The position numbers and the translations under genes were made by a program. The notes beneath the pieces are model-generated. The model had not been told where the DNA came from and did not search any database. It saw nothing but the letters and a program-made list of their open reading frames with translations. 64,000 bases of DNA from a virus, in IMG/VR virus record IMGVR_UViG_3300028841_000078; one strand, written 5' to 3'. Shown piece after piece: positions 1 to 10,043 of the stretch. Every line of letters begins with the position of its first letter. Position 1 is the stretch's first letter.

Positions 1-146
1 TCATTGGCGCGAACCTGAATCATCTGGGTCAATTGGTTCTGTTTTTGCAAGAGCGTATTTAGCTCGCTGGCATGGGCGACTTCCATATCCTTGAGCAGTT
101 TTGTGGCTGTCTCAAGCATGGTTTTGATGTCATCTTCTCCTAACAT
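1..146 (-). CDS. small coiled-coil protein, runs off window edge (MLGEDDIKTMLETATK...)
   Basis: Hand-translated ATG at 146, open to the window edge; class-B promoter motif ends 27 nt upstream. Confidence 0.4.
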   Translation of the reverse strand, partial: MLGEDDIKTMLETATKLLKDMEVAHASELNTLLQKQNQLTQMIQVRAN

Positions 147-176
147 GTCAAAATTTTTGCACAGGGCTTTTTTAAC

Positions 177-590
177 TCACGCAATAGACTGGGTAATTAC
201 CGGGACGATGTTGAGTGACCCCTTGGCCAGCACTTGTATATAGCCATCGGCTAACTTCACCTTGCAGTCGCACACACACGCGGCGGCGGCATTGGGCAGG
301 TCATCCCCGATATCGTTGGCGGCAACCGTGACAATATTGTGATCGGTGCCACTCACGGAGATCCCCCCGCCGGTCTTGGTGACCTGAATGATGGCGGCGT
401 TGTCGGCATCGTTTATCGAGTTCTTGACCGTGAACCAGATTTGAGCAGCGCTGCTCAGATCAATCGGCAAGCCATCTTCTTTGTTGGTGACCTCCAGCTT
501 AAAGCTGACAGAACCGCGCCAATCGACGGTTAATTTAAGTGGGGCAGGGACAATTTTTACTTGGTTCATAGTCTGGTCGAATTGTGACAA
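177..590 (-). CDS. virion structural protein, BppU N-terminal-like beta domain
   Basis: 'PIDLSSAAQIWFTVK...CDCKVKLADGYIQVLAKGSLNIVP' resembles BppU-type Ig-like domains; in structural block. Confidence 0.55.
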   Translation of the reverse strand: MSQFDQTMNQVKIVPAPLKLTVDWRGSVSFKLEVTNKEDGLPIDLSSAAQIWFTVKNSINDADNAAIIQVTKTGGGISVSGTDHNIVTVAANDIGDDLPNAAAACVCDCKVKLADGYIQVLAKGSLNIVPVITQSIA

Positions 591-612
591 AGAGCGTTTT
601 TAAGTCACACCA

Positions 613-2193
613 TTAGCAGTCATCCGTGAGGCATTTCACTTTTGTAACTTTGGCACTGAGCTTTTGCTGGTAAACATCGGCCAGTAAGTGATTACTTTCG
701 GCGCTGGCGGATAGCTGATAGACGCTTGGCAGGGCCACCAATTGACTGACCCGCACTACTGCCACCAGCTTGAACACGGTGAGTGCCACGCACCCGACCA
801 CATCCCCGCCGGGTTGAATGGCGAACTCTATGGCATCGCGGGCAAAGCCCCACCCCCACGCCGGGGACACCGGCAAGACCACATCGATCATCAAAGCGGC
901 ATCGCGGGCAAACCCGCTGCCAAAGGCTTTATCGGCTTGTAGGATTGCATCAGCCCGCAGAAGGGCATCGCGGGCCGTGCCCCACCCATAGGCTTTGTCG
1001 GTAAGCAATGTCACATCGATGTGACAAATCGCATCGCGGGCAAAGCCGCTGCCATAGGCTTTATCGGCCTGTAGCGTCACCCCGGCGCTCATGGCGGCAT
1101 CTTTGGCAACGCCTGCCCCATAACCCTTATCGACGCTCAAATTCACGCCAATCGTGAGATTTACGTCCTTGGCAATGCCCCACCCATACGCATGATCGGC
1201 CTGCACATTGACGCTAACCCCGGTTGAGATAATGGCATCTTTAGCAAACCCGTTGCCGTAAGCGTAATCAACGGGCAAATTGACCCCTATCGAAAGGGAG
1301 GCATCCTTGGTAAACCCGCTGCCGTGGGCGTGATCGACAGATAGGTTGACCCCGGTCGATAGCGAGGCATCCCTGCCAAGGCCACTGCCAAAGCCCTTGT
1401 CCGCCAGTAAATTAACCCCTGCGCTCACCGTTGCGTCTTTGGTAAATCCCGCCCCAAACCCCTTATCGGGTAGCACGGTCACCCCAATATTCACCGTGGC
1501 ATTGCGGGCAAAGCCTGACCCAAAGGACTTATCCACAGATAGATTTATCCCTGTGGATAACGTTGCGTCCTTGGCAAAGCCCGCGCCGTGGGCCTTGTCC
1601 ACCAACAGGGTCACCCCGGCGGAGATCTGGGCATCTTTGGCGACCCCTGACCCAAAGCCCTTATCGGCGGTAACCGTTATCGACACGCCGACACTGACCG
1701 TGGCATCTTTGGCAAAGCCCGACCCATGCGCCTTGTCTGCCAACAGATTAACCCCGGTTGATAGGCTGGCATCCTTAGCGAAGCCGCTGCCTTGCGCCTT
1801 GTCTGAAAGCAGGGTCACCCCGGCGCTGACCGTGGCATCCTTAGCGAAGCCTGCGCCGTGGGCCTTGTCTGCCGAAACGGTGATGCCAATATTGACAGGG
1901 GCATCTTTGGCGAACCCCGCGCCGTGGGCTTTGTCCACGGACAAATTGATCGAGTTGGCAATGGCCGCATCTTTGGCAAACCCGCCGCCAAAGGCTTTAT
2001 CAGCCACCACCCCCACCCCGGCGCTGACCGTGGCATCTTTAGTGAAGCCTGCCCCATGCGCCTTATCAACCGTCAAGTTCAAGGAGCATGAAATAACAGC
2101 GTCTTTTGCAAAGCCGCTGCCAATGCACTTATCAACCGTGACGTTGACATCCGTGCTTCCTGATTGCGGAATCGGCTGCCATACCCAAGCCAT
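613..2193 (-). CDS. 22-aa tandem repeat virion protein (putative beta-solenoid fibre)
   Basis: About 20 repeats of DKAxGxGFAKDAxxSxGVxLx counted in the translation. Confidence 0.75.
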   Translation of the reverse strand: MAWVWQPIPQSGSTDVNVTVDKCIGSGFAKDAVISCSLNLTVDKAHGAGFTKDATVSAGVGVVADKAFGGGFAKDAAIANSINLSVDKAHGAGFAKDAPVNIGITVSADKAHGAGFAKDATVSAGVTLLSDKAQGSGFAKDASLSTGVNLLADKAHGSGFAKDATVSVGVSITVTADKGFGSGVAKDAQISAGVTLLVDKAHGAGFAKDATLSTGINLSVDKSFGSGFARNATVNIGVTVLPDKGFGAGFTKDATVSAGVNLLADKGFGSGLGRDASLSTGVNLSVDHAHGSGFTKDASLSIGVNLPVDYAYGNGFAKDAIISTGVSVNVQADHAYGWGIAKDVNLTIGVNLSVDKGYGAGVAKDAAMSAGVTLQADKAYGSGFARDAICHIDVTLLTDKAYGWGTARDALLRADAILQADKAFGSGFARDAALMIDVVLPVSPAWGWGFARDAIEFAIQPGGDVVGCVALTVFKLVAVVRVSQLVALPSVYQLSASAESNHLLADVYQQKLSAKVTKVKCLTDDC

Positions 2194-2540
2194 TACACCG
2201 CCCGGATATCACCGACAATCGTTCTGTCGGTGCCTGCTAATTTCTTTACCGTCACGTCCCAACCATGCAGCACCATGAGGGCGGGTAACACAAACATCTT
2301 GCTTTGCGCCCCGGTCAAGATGGCCTCATACACCACGCGCTGTGTGCCGCCGGAGATGGCCTTTTCGTAGACCCTGATCTGATACTGGTCGCCCGCCGCC
2401 ATGTTGAACATGTCGAGCCAAACCTGAATCGTGTAATCGGTGGTCTGCGGAGAACCGGATGAATAAGTTGTGCCGGTCGGGATACTGATTTCGGTTGTGC
2501 TGACCGAGGCATTGATCGTAAAGAGTTCAGATGGGGCCAT
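2193..2540 (-). CDS. small virion structural protein
   Basis: Beta-rich ORF coupled to neighbours in the structural block. Confidence 0.6.
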   Translation of the reverse strand: MAPSELFTINASVSTTEISIPTGTTYSSGSPQTTDYTIQVWLDMFNMAAGDQYQIRVYEKAISGGTQRVVYEAILTGAQSKMFVLPALMVLHGWDVTVKKLAGTDRTIVGDIRAV

Positions 2541-2542
2541 GC

Positions 2543-3373
2543 TTAACCTCCCAGAGCATAGACAACCATGCTCATATTGCTGTCCGGGGTGCCTTCACAC
2601 CACGATCGGCCATAGATCGAGGCCCCGGCAGGCACCTCTCGTTCACAAGGAATGGCAATCCCGGCGCTGTTGGTTTCAACAGAGTTGGTAAACCACAGGT
2701 GATCAGTGATCAGTGGCACTTCTCCGCTTGACCCAACCGCGACATCGTTGAGATAGCACTGGCTGGTCATGGTCGTGTCATTGACACCGAATCCGTCTTG
2801 AAACCACCATGCGCTGTTTGTTAGCGACCCTATCGAGGTCCAAGCACCTTCATTTGTGGTGCCCGGTGTGATTGCGGTGCCGTTCGAGGAGGCTGCGGTA
2901 ACCCCAATCGCCTCGACTCGGCTCCCCACCCGACACGCCGCCGGATTCTTGGGCAGGCCATAGCACTTAATCCATACCCGGAAACCGGTGGTGGACCCGT
3001 TCTGGCTGGCGCGAGCGGCGATTGTGCTACCGGACTTGATAAACAGCGGAAAGACATAGTTAATGCCGCCGCCGCCGTTATTGGTGCTGGCACAAGAGCC
3101 GATCAAGTCTGGAATCTTGACTGTGTAACTGGTGCCGCCAGCCTCGTCAATGCCAATATCACAAATAATGTCACGCGCCGTGGCAGACGTGTTGGCATTG
3201 TTGATATTGACATGGACGAGGTAAACGTCATTGGCAACCGCAGACAATAACTGCGCCCATGACCCCTTACTGTTGTTTCCGGGCGTGACAATCGTGCCCA
3301 TGAAGCCGGTGGGCCTCGTGGTGTGATTGGTCACCGACCAGCCATAGTCTCCGCCGCCATCAGGAACAAACAT
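2543..3373 (-). CDS. minor tail/virion protein with internal duplication
   Basis: G/T/S-rich; two similar halves (GTIVTPGNNSKGSWAQL vs GTAITPGTTNEGAWTSI). Confidence 0.6.
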   Translation of the reverse strand: MFVPDGGGDYGWSVTNHTTRPTGFMGTIVTPGNNSKGSWAQLLSAVANDVYLVHVNINNANTSATARDIICDIGIDEAGGTSYTVKIPDLIGSCASTNNGGGGINYVFPLFIKSGSTIAARASQNGSTTGFRVWIKCYGLPKNPAACRVGSRVEAIGVTAASSNGTAITPGTTNEGAWTSIGSLTNSAWWFQDGFGVNDTTMTSQCYLNDVAVGSSGEVPLITDHLWFTNSVETNSAGIAIPCEREVPAGASIYGRSWCEGTPDSNMSMVVYALGG

Positions 3374-3375
3374 AG

Positions 3376-3537
3376 TTAATCCAAGTGATCTAAAAAGAAG
3401 TTCCTGATGGCAAGACCAAGCAAGAACGCCAGATACACCGATACGCCGGTCGCCGGTCCAAGTGCTGCGGACAAGAAGATGGCCGGTGCCATTAAGACAA
3501 GAAACTCTGTAACACCGGCTGAGTTTTGATCGTTCAT
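3376..3537 (-). CDS. 53-aa two-TM membrane protein (holin candidate), absent from ORF track
   Basis: Hand translation MNDQNSAGVTEFLVLMAPAIFLSAALGPATGVSVYLAFLLGLAIRNFFLDHLD*; fills the gap exactly and abuts the upstream stop. Confidence 0.55.
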   Translation of the reverse strand: MNDQNSAGVTEFLVLMAPAIFLSAALGPATGVSVYLAFLLGLAIRNFFLDHLD

Positions 3538-4173
3538 TTATTTAGCAGCGAACCACATCAAAATGCCTTGCGCGTCAAAAGTTGCCGCCCATGTGCCGTT
3601 TACCGTGGTCACGGCAGCGCCCTGATCGATGAGCGCGATCAGGGGGCGGGTCGCGTCCGTGCCGGGGCTGCGATCTACGATAGCGATATAGCGGGCGGTG
3701 ATGTTGCTCGATGTCCACGAAGGGTCATTGGCATCCAGCACAGTCACACCCTTACCCGCGCACTCCCATGTCACGCCTGAGTCGGTCACCTCGCCGCCAA
3801 TGGTGGTCGGCCAAGTGGGTTCAACCGATGCGTGCGAGGTGCCTGCGGTCTTGACTCGATACAAATACCCGTTGCCTGTGGTGGGTCGCACCACATAGTC
3901 AGCGGCATAAGCAGTATTAGCGACCCATGTCGTCGCCCATGAGTTCGCCGGGGTATAGGTGATGGTGCAGCCGGTCAGCAATTGCCCGTTGGTCGTGTAG
4001 CCATTGCCGTTAGCAACCTCGTTGGCGGAGATATCGTTCCAGTAATCATCCGTGTCGAGGTTGGGGGTGTAGCTTGTGGTCAACAAGGCTGCGTAGATTG
4101 TGTCGCTATTCCAGTCGATTTCTTTATTCCAAACTTGTGATTGAACCTTTCGATATTGAGTTGCTGTTGCCAT
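3538..4173 (-). CDS. virion protein with inserted carbohydrate-binding-like module
   Basis: 'WVANTAYAADYVVRPTTGNGYLYRVKTAGTS...EPTWPTTIG...DSGVTWEC' is a CBM5/12-like insert common in tail proteins. Confidence 0.6.
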   Translation of the reverse strand: MATATQYRKVQSQVWNKEIDWNSDTIYAALLTTSYTPNLDTDDYWNDISANEVANGNGYTTNGQLLTGCTITYTPANSWATTWVANTAYAADYVVRPTTGNGYLYRVKTAGTSHASVEPTWPTTIGGEVTDSGVTWECAGKGVTVLDANDPSWTSSNITARYIAIVDRSPGTDATRPLIALIDQGAAVTTVNGTWAATFDAQGILMWFAAK

Positions 4174-4189
4174 TTCTTACTCCACTAAA

Positions 4190-5602
4190 TTAGTTGCCAA
4201 ACGCGGGCGCTGTGGGCGTTCCGAGAATGGGTGCGCCGCCTCCGCCGACATTGTTGGAGGCGTTGTTTGTAATGACCTGAAACGCTGCCGCCATCGTCTC
4301 AAAGTCCTTGTACCAGTTTTGCTTGTCAAAGTTCGTATCCGGTTCTTGCCGCCACGAAAGACCCTCAAAGAGCGCGGCCACCTCATCAACCACGTTGCCA
4401 GCCGGTCCTTTCTCTAATGACATCGCGCAAGAGTTCCAAGTGGTGTCGTCGGTGAGATAGGCTCCAAAGCGAATGAGCGTCCCGGCGATGATCTTGCCAA
4501 GCGGGGTGAGCAACCCGGACACGTTAAACGTGGGCAAAAGCGCAATCAAGCTGCCGGGTTTGAGTTGGCTGTTGGCTCCGCCATAAGTCGTTCCGTTGGC
4601 GTATCCGTCCGCCGTGGTTGCTGGCCAGCGGTATTGATTGCCGCCACCGCCGCCCCAGTAATAGAAATACTTGGCCTGCCAGTTCATCTTGAGGGCATGG
4701 CTTAGATAGGCTAGATTGTTGGCGACACAGTTGGTCAGTTCGCCGTAACGAATCGTCCCGCCCAAGCCGCTCAAATTTGAGCCACCGTGCCCGCCGTTTT
4801 CACCGGAACTGGTCTTGATGTTGACCGTGGCGAATGTCACAAAACTTGTACCATCAGCCCCGGCAGTGCAACGGGCAAGAGGCTGGTGATGCAACACCGT
4901 GTCACCGTCCACATGCGCGGCAACGTTGTTGCCTCCGTCATTGGGCACGGTGTAAGTGGATGGCATTCTGACCGAGATCGGGAATGACCCACTCGACCCG
5001 TTGGGTGAACAGCGGTTTGCCCCGGTCCACGCAGCGTCTGAGTATCGAATGGTCGTTACCGGAGCGTTTGGGTCAAGGAATAGGTATTCTTCCTCCTCAA
5101 TCAAGCGGGTGATATAGCCATCGCGGGAGGCAAACGAGAAGCCCGCTGACGCATAGACTGCGTCCGCGCCAATCGGGGTATTCCACGCCGAGGTCGAAAG
5201 AAACGGCCACTTGTATTTATCGCGCAGTCCTGACGAAACCCCGGACTGATACACCCCAAACTCGCGGCGACTGGTCGATGAGGCCACCTTGATCGGCGCG
5301 GGCTGAAAGTTGATGATTGATACAGGAGACCCCGGAGTAAATACCGCCGTTGCCACCCAAGGACTATTGATGTAGCCACTGGAGAGACTCGCGGTGACCG
5401 TGATGGTGCCGGGGACAAGTGATAGCGTCCCGCTGTAAAACCCGGTGCTGTCCAATGTGACAGACACGGTTCGACCCGCTGAATCGTTGATGACAGCAGA
5501 GGCTCCCGGCACGGCGGCCCCAAGCGTATCCCTCAGTTGAATACTGACGGTTGCATTGACCGGGGTTAATGCAGTGGTTCGCCCAATAACAAAGTTTGGC
5601 AT
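4190..5602 (-). CDS. putative receptor-binding/tail protein: Ig-like N-domain plus GHGGSxLSxLGGTIRxGEL-family domain
   Basis: Likely start ATG 5602 (TAATG overlap with upstream stop); motifs WPFxxxSAWNTPIG and GGHGGSNLSGLGGTIRYGEL. Confidence 0.6.
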   Translation of the reverse strand: MPNFVIGRTTALTPVNATVSIQLRDTLGAAVPGASAVINDSAGRTVSVTLDSTGFYSGTLSLVPGTITVTASLSSGYINSPWVATAVFTPGSPVSIINFQPAPIKVASSTSRREFGVYQSGVSSGLRDKYKWPFLSTSAWNTPIGADAVYASAGFSFASRDGYITRLIEEEEYLFLDPNAPVTTIRYSDAAWTGANRCSPNGSSGSFPISVRMPSTYTVPNDGGNNVAAHVDGDTVLHHQPLARCTAGADGTSFVTFATVNIKTSSGENGGHGGSNLSGLGGTIRYGELTNCVANNLAYLSHALKMNWQAKYFYYWGGGGGNQYRWPATTADGYANGTTYGGANSQLKPGSLIALLPTFNVSGLLTPLGKIIAGTLIRFGAYLTDDTTWNSCAMSLEKGPAGNVVDEVAALFEGLSWRQEPDTNFDKQNWYKDFETMAAAFQVITNNASNNVGGGGAPILGTPTAPAFGN

Positions 5603-6933
5603 TACTTGAGTAGCTCCTCCAAGATGAGATAGGGTTGATACTTGCCGTTGGCGGTTTCGTTGAAGTTCACGACCCCGGTCGCTCCGGTTGACCACTCAAC
5701 CGCGTATCGCACAATGATGGGATTTGCCCCCGCCACAGACACAAAGCTGAATGGCAGGGTGAGGTTGTGATAGCTGGCGTTGGCCGGTTCCACAAAAGAG
5801 GCCACGAGGCCGGAGTTGGCCCAGACGTGGATGTGTAGATAGGCGGTGCCGGAGGCGGTGACTTTGACATCGGGCACCACCAGCGTCCCCTTAATCGTGC
5901 GCCCCTCAACTCCCGGTGTAAACGTGGTACCGGTAGGAATCAAGGTGTCGCCCATCGAGGTTGTCGGGGCGGTGGTGTGGTTAATTGAGGAGTTAAAGGT
6001 AACTTGATACCCAACCGGGATGTTGGTGCAGGAAACAATGGCACTCGACGCGCCCTTCTCAAGAAAGGTTTTCTCGACGTAAAACGTGTTTGGATTGAGG
6101 GTCAACACCCATGTTGGCGAATTGTTCTCCGCTGTGCTTGGAAGCCACAATAGGCCCTGCAGCGACAAGTTGCCGCTAATAGCGGCGTTTGCAATCACGC
6201 TAAACCCGCTCTCAACCACAGCCCCGGCCTTGAACGTGTTTGGCCCGGTCCAGATGTTGGGTAAGGGCAAATAGTTGGTGCCGCCGCCACCGCCACCGGT
6301 ATTGCCTGTGACCAGCACCTTCCATAGCTTTCCGGTAGCATCGACCATGAGCGTGTAGATGCCAGCTGTCTCAGTGCGAGGGACTTGCGAGAAGGTAATC
6401 GTGTCAGAGTCAAACACGGTTTGACATGCCACGGTGAACTTCGACACAACCCCAACGGTCGGGCTGCGGAGGAACGTGTTGTTGCCGGTGTATGTGTTGT
6501 CACCGGCCATCAGCATCGACTTGGAGAAGAATGGCGCTGTCCACATCTGACCAAGTCCGTCCATCACAACATTAAACGTCGGTGCGGCGAGAGGAAACAA
6601 GTTGACCCGGAATGCGCCATAGATCGTGACCGCATTCGAGAAGGTGTTCGATGCGCCAGTGAAGTTGTTGGTGAGCGGGCGAATATCCGGCGCACCGCCT
6701 CCGCCACCGCCGCCGAGAGCCGTGGCAGGTCCATACACCAGACGACCGTTTTCGATGTAGAGGATGACCGAGCTTGTGGTTGGGGCTGAGTTGCCCTGAA
6801 CCAGCTTGCCCAAGATATATTCGTTGTCGATATCGCCGAGCACAATCCCATACTGGGCGATGGAATCCATCAGCGCACAGATGTCTGCCACCGTGACACT
6901 TCCGGGCGGGTTATAGCCATCAATCAAACTCAT
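5602..6933 (-). CDS. tail fibre protein
   Basis: Repeated 'PxxNxFTGxNTF' segments and poly-Gly hinges; beta-rich C-terminus. Confidence 0.65.
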   Translation of the reverse strand: MSLIDGYNPPGSVTVADICALMDSIAQYGIVLGDIDNEYILGKLVQGNSAPTTSSVILYIENGRLVYGPATALGGGGGGGAPDIRPLTNNFTGASNTFSNAVTIYGAFRVNLFPLAAPTFNVVMDGLGQMWTAPFFSKSMLMAGDNTYTGNNTFLRSPTVGVVSKFTVACQTVFDSDTITFSQVPRTETAGIYTLMVDATGKLWKVLVTGNTGGGGGGTNYLPLPNIWTGPNTFKAGAVVESGFSVIANAAISGNLSLQGLLWLPSTAENNSPTWVLTLNPNTFYVEKTFLEKGASSAIVSCTNIPVGYQVTFNSSINHTTAPTTSMGDTLIPTGTTFTPGVEGRTIKGTLVVPDVKVTASGTAYLHIHVWANSGLVASFVEPANASYHNLTLPFSFVSVAGANPIIVRYAVEWSTGATGVVNFNETANGKYQPYLILEELLK

Positions 6934-6934
6934 C

Positions 6935-7759
6935 TTATGCAGCCTCCAGCGCGGCCACCCGGCCCGCCAAATGTTTTACGGCCCCAAGCAACAGCGACAC
7001 AACGCCATCCATGCTTAAGGTGTGAATCGTCCCGGCCTCTGTGTTGATCGCTCGCGTGACCCGCTCCTCGATGTCTTTAATGTCATTGGCCGAAAAGCCA
7101 AGTTCGACATCCTCCGGCGGGTTTCCATTGCGGACAAAAGAGATCGGGTTAATCAACATCACCTTGTCAAACGACTCCGAATCAACAAGGTCTGTGATGT
7201 TGTATTTTGTGGACACGTCCGAGACGGTGGTTTGGGCTTTGTAGAACGTGATCGCGCCCCCGTCGAGGGTCATGATCAGGTTCTCGGAGGCCGTGCCAAG
7301 GTTATGAGTCACAAAGCGATGCAAGGCAGAGGCGTGTGTGGTTGGGCTGCACCATAGCGTGTATGTGACCGCATTGTTTTGGCCTGCCCCGCGAGTAATT
7401 GAGAAGCCGCCAAACTCAGCATTGGCCGCATCGCCCCCATAAGCGGCAAGGTCGCCATTGGCCCGCAAGTGCAGCGCACTGTTGACCGTGGCCCCGGCTG
7501 CTTTTTTGTTGGGTCCAATCCGGAGCGTGGCGTAGTCGCCGGGGGTGACCGTCTCTTTGAGCAGACTGCCGTTCTTGAGGCTATCGGCGGTTTCCATTTG
7601 AAACCCGCGCATCTGGGCAATGGCGTTGACATCCGTGAACACCGCAGAGTCCCCCATTGTGTTGATGGCAGAGCTTGGGGTGGCCCACGCCGCGCCGTTC
7701 AACCGCAGGAGTTCTAGGATTTGACACCGGTCAAGGCCGGGTGGAATTTGACTGATCAT
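6935..7759 (-). CDS. tail fibre with C-terminal intramolecular chaperone (Peptidase S74-like)
   Basis: 'SDVSTKYNITDL...INPISF...LGFSANDI...' plus terminal coiled coil LAGRVAALEAA. Confidence 0.75.
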   Translation of the reverse strand: MISQIPPGLDRCQILELLRLNGAAWATPSSAINTMGDSAVFTDVNAIAQMRGFQMETADSLKNGSLLKETVTPGDYATLRIGPNKKAAGATVNSALHLRANGDLAAYGGDAANAEFGGFSITRGAGQNNAVTYTLWCSPTTHASALHRFVTHNLGTASENLIMTLDGGAITFYKAQTTVSDVSTKYNITDLVDSESFDKVMLINPISFVRNGNPPEDVELGFSANDIKDIEERVTRAINTEAGTIHTLSMDGVVSLLLGAVKHLAGRVAALEAA

Positions 7760-7803
7760 GGTTTTTGTTGCTTACCCTGTCACATCGATGTGACACTGAA
7801 TTC

Positions 7804-8220
7804 TTATGCCGCACGAATGGGCACCGGAGACAACGCTGACGCGATGACCGTGGAGTGATTGGTGGCTGAGATCGAAAACGAGGCGGTAAACGGCCCATTG
7901 GTGTAACCGATGGGATTTGAGGCCACCTTTAGCAGATTGTTGTTCAGCCACGGCCCCTTGATGCGATACACCCCGGAGTTGTCCGTTTGCCCTGACAGAG
8001 CCACCCCGGAGGCATCGGTGATGATGACCGTGGCCCCGCGCACCGGGCGGCTTAAGGTGTCCACAATCGTTCCCTGAATCGTCACCTCCCAGTCGGCGAT
8101 TGCGTCCTGCTGATTGACACAGGTTGACGGATATTGGTGATAGGGCAACAGCAATAGGCCATGCTCAACAATCCAGTCCAGCATGGCATCCGGCGATGAC
8201 CCGGCAGGAAAGACCTTCAT
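7804..8220 (-). CDS. virion protein with carboxypeptidase-regulatory-like (Cna-B/Ig) domain
   Basis: 'TIQGTIVDTLSRPVRGATVIITD...QTDNSGVYRI'. Confidence 0.6.
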   Translation of the reverse strand: MKVFPAGSSPDAMLDWIVEHGLLLLPYHQYPSTCVNQQDAIADWEVTIQGTIVDTLSRPVRGATVIITDASGVALSGQTDNSGVYRIKGPWLNNNLLKVASNPIGYTNGPFTASFSISATNHSTVIASALSPVPIRAA

Positions 8221-9959
8221 CGCCCCACCCCCCGCATCAGATCGTCATACAGTTTTGAAACACCCCCGTAGAACTCAACCGATAGCCGGTCAAGGCTGCT
8301 TTGTGGGTTGACATACAGCGGCTCGTCGGCCAACCGCAGCAAGCGCGTTTTTAGATCTCCCGCCATTTCGCCCGCATACGCCCTCACCGCAGCCGCGTGT
8401 TGGCGACCCTTCGGGGTAAAGCGAGCCTCCGCCAACGTTCGGCGCAAGACTGACTCGATGCCGCCATTCACACTCACGCTAAAGGCATCGACCACATCAT
8501 CAATCCGCTCCGGGTCCACCCCATACCGGTCTGCCGATTGCATGATCGAGGCGCAACTTAAAGCGAGATCGGCCTTAAGCGCATCGACATCCCCCAAAGT
8601 CTTTTTGACAATCCCTTCCGTGCTCGATGAAATCTGACCGCCATCGTTAAAGGCTTCGCGGGGCGCACCAAGCATGATCGCCAAACGCCGCTGCTCGTCT
8701 GGCCCCATATACGTCGCCTGAGTGACGGTCTGAGCAATCCGAGCCTGATTGTCAATCTTGATCGAATCGGCAGCGCTCGACCCACCCACCCACATAAACT
8801 GCAACGGCAAATTAAAGAAATAGATGTTGTTGATAAAGCTCTGAAAGCGCGACATCACCCATTGAACAGTCGGCTCCTGAGCGTCCATCTGCACGGCACG
8901 CTTGGCGTTGCCGAATTTGCCGGAATTGTTTGCACTGTCGCCGGAGTTAATGCGCCATGCCTTAACCCCAAAGGCAGAGGCAACCATTTCATTCGCCATT
9001 CCCCAAAAATCGAGGAAGTCAATCCCTTCTGGAAACTGACGAAAGCTAACCCACTTGGCATCACCGACCTCTTTCCCGACATTGGCCGCATACAAAAACC
9101 CACCTTGATCTTCCGTATTTCTGACATCCTGCTTGCGCGTTTTCTTACGGGTTTCGATCTGTTTGAGCAGTGCCCGCCATGCCAAGTTATTCATGATGAG
9201 CAAGCCCGACTCATCGGTACCCGATGTGACGCGCTGAATGTATTCCTCTAATGTGGCCGATAGCCATAGGCGCAGGCGATTCTTCTCGACAATCGAACGC
9301 CCCACCAAAAAGGCCCCATGCCCCCGTGCCCCGTCCACGGACTGCTTGTAATTGGACTTGGGCAGCGCATAGGTGCGGTCCCCGTCTACCCACCAGATTC
9401 CGGCGGTGTTCATCACCCCGCGACTGTCCTCAACAATTCGCATCCGGCCACTCATCGAGGGCGAGAGCGAGTTGTAACTCTCCGTCTCAGAGTCATAGTA
9501 GGGGCGCGGGGTGCGGCAGTTAATGGTGCTGATGCCGACCGGTCTGCCGTTGCCATCGGTGGCATATTGCCCAAAAAATCCGGTTGGCTTGGTCAGCAGG
9601 TCATAGACGAACGCTGAGACAAGCCCATCGTAGCCATCGATTCGGCCCAGTGCCATCAGCAACTCGTTCTTGGCCCGCTTGGACGCTGCAATCAGATAGT
9701 CGCTGGAGTCGCCGGGGACGATGTTGAAGTCAAGGCTTGAGATTGTCCGGGCAATCGAATCAATCACACCCAAAGCGGCGGGGCAGTTGTCAACGATATC
9801 AATTGCAATCTCCTGCCTGCAAAACACATCACCGGCAACCTTGGCATAGGCCATGACTAAATCGTTGGCCCAGTGATTAGAGACGATAACCGTCTTTAGG
9901 TTTCCGTCCGGGTTCCCCTGCAGGGTGATATCGTTTGGAGTAATTTCTCGCTTTGCCAC
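8217..9959 (-). CDS. portal protein with C-terminal extension
   Basis: 'DFLDFWGMANEMVASAFGVKAWRIN' resembles the HK97-family portal motif; size and position after TerL. Confidence 0.75.
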   Translation of the reverse strand: MAKREITPNDITLQGNPDGNLKTVIVSNHWANDLVMAYAKVAGDVFCRQEIAIDIVDNCPAALGVIDSIARTISSLDFNIVPGDSSDYLIAASKRAKNELLMALGRIDGYDGLVSAFVYDLLTKPTGFFGQYATDGNGRPVGISTINCRTPRPYYDSETESYNSLSPSMSGRMRIVEDSRGVMNTAGIWWVDGDRTYALPKSNYKQSVDGARGHGAFLVGRSIVEKNRLRLWLSATLEEYIQRVTSGTDESGLLIMNNLAWRALLKQIETRKKTRKQDVRNTEDQGGFLYAANVGKEVGDAKWVSFRQFPEGIDFLDFWGMANEMVASAFGVKAWRINSGDSANNSGKFGNAKRAVQMDAQEPTVQWVMSRFQSFINNIYFFNLPLQFMWVGGSSAADSIKIDNQARIAQTVTQATYMGPDEQRRLAIMLGAPREAFNDGGQISSSTEGIVKKTLGDVDALKADLALSCASIMQSADRYGVDPERIDDVVDAFSVSVNGGIESVLRRTLAEARFTPKGRQHAAAVRAYAGEMAGDLKTRLLRLADEPLYVNPQSSLDRLSVEFYGGVSKLYDDLMRGVGR

Positions 9960-10043
9960 ACGCCAAACTTATCAGGGGTCATTTTTAACTCACGCAATAA
10001 AAATACAGGCGTGAGTTATGCACGGCCTAGAAATAATAATCGT

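Noticed and set aside
1010-1025. CRP/FNR box explanation for the palindrome
   Set aside because: The half-sites are in TCACA-N4-TGTGA order, the reverse of TGTGA-N6-TCACA, with different spacing and an invariant centre.
1346-2278. 310-aa plus-strand ORF
   Set aside because: It is the antisense shadow of the repeat protein; the same applies to shadows such as 30222-30866, 32737-33366 and 38288-39058.
5603-5695. Extended N-terminus of ORF 4190-5695
   Set aside because: It overlaps the end of the upstream gene by about 90 nt; the TAATG coupling supports a start at 5602.
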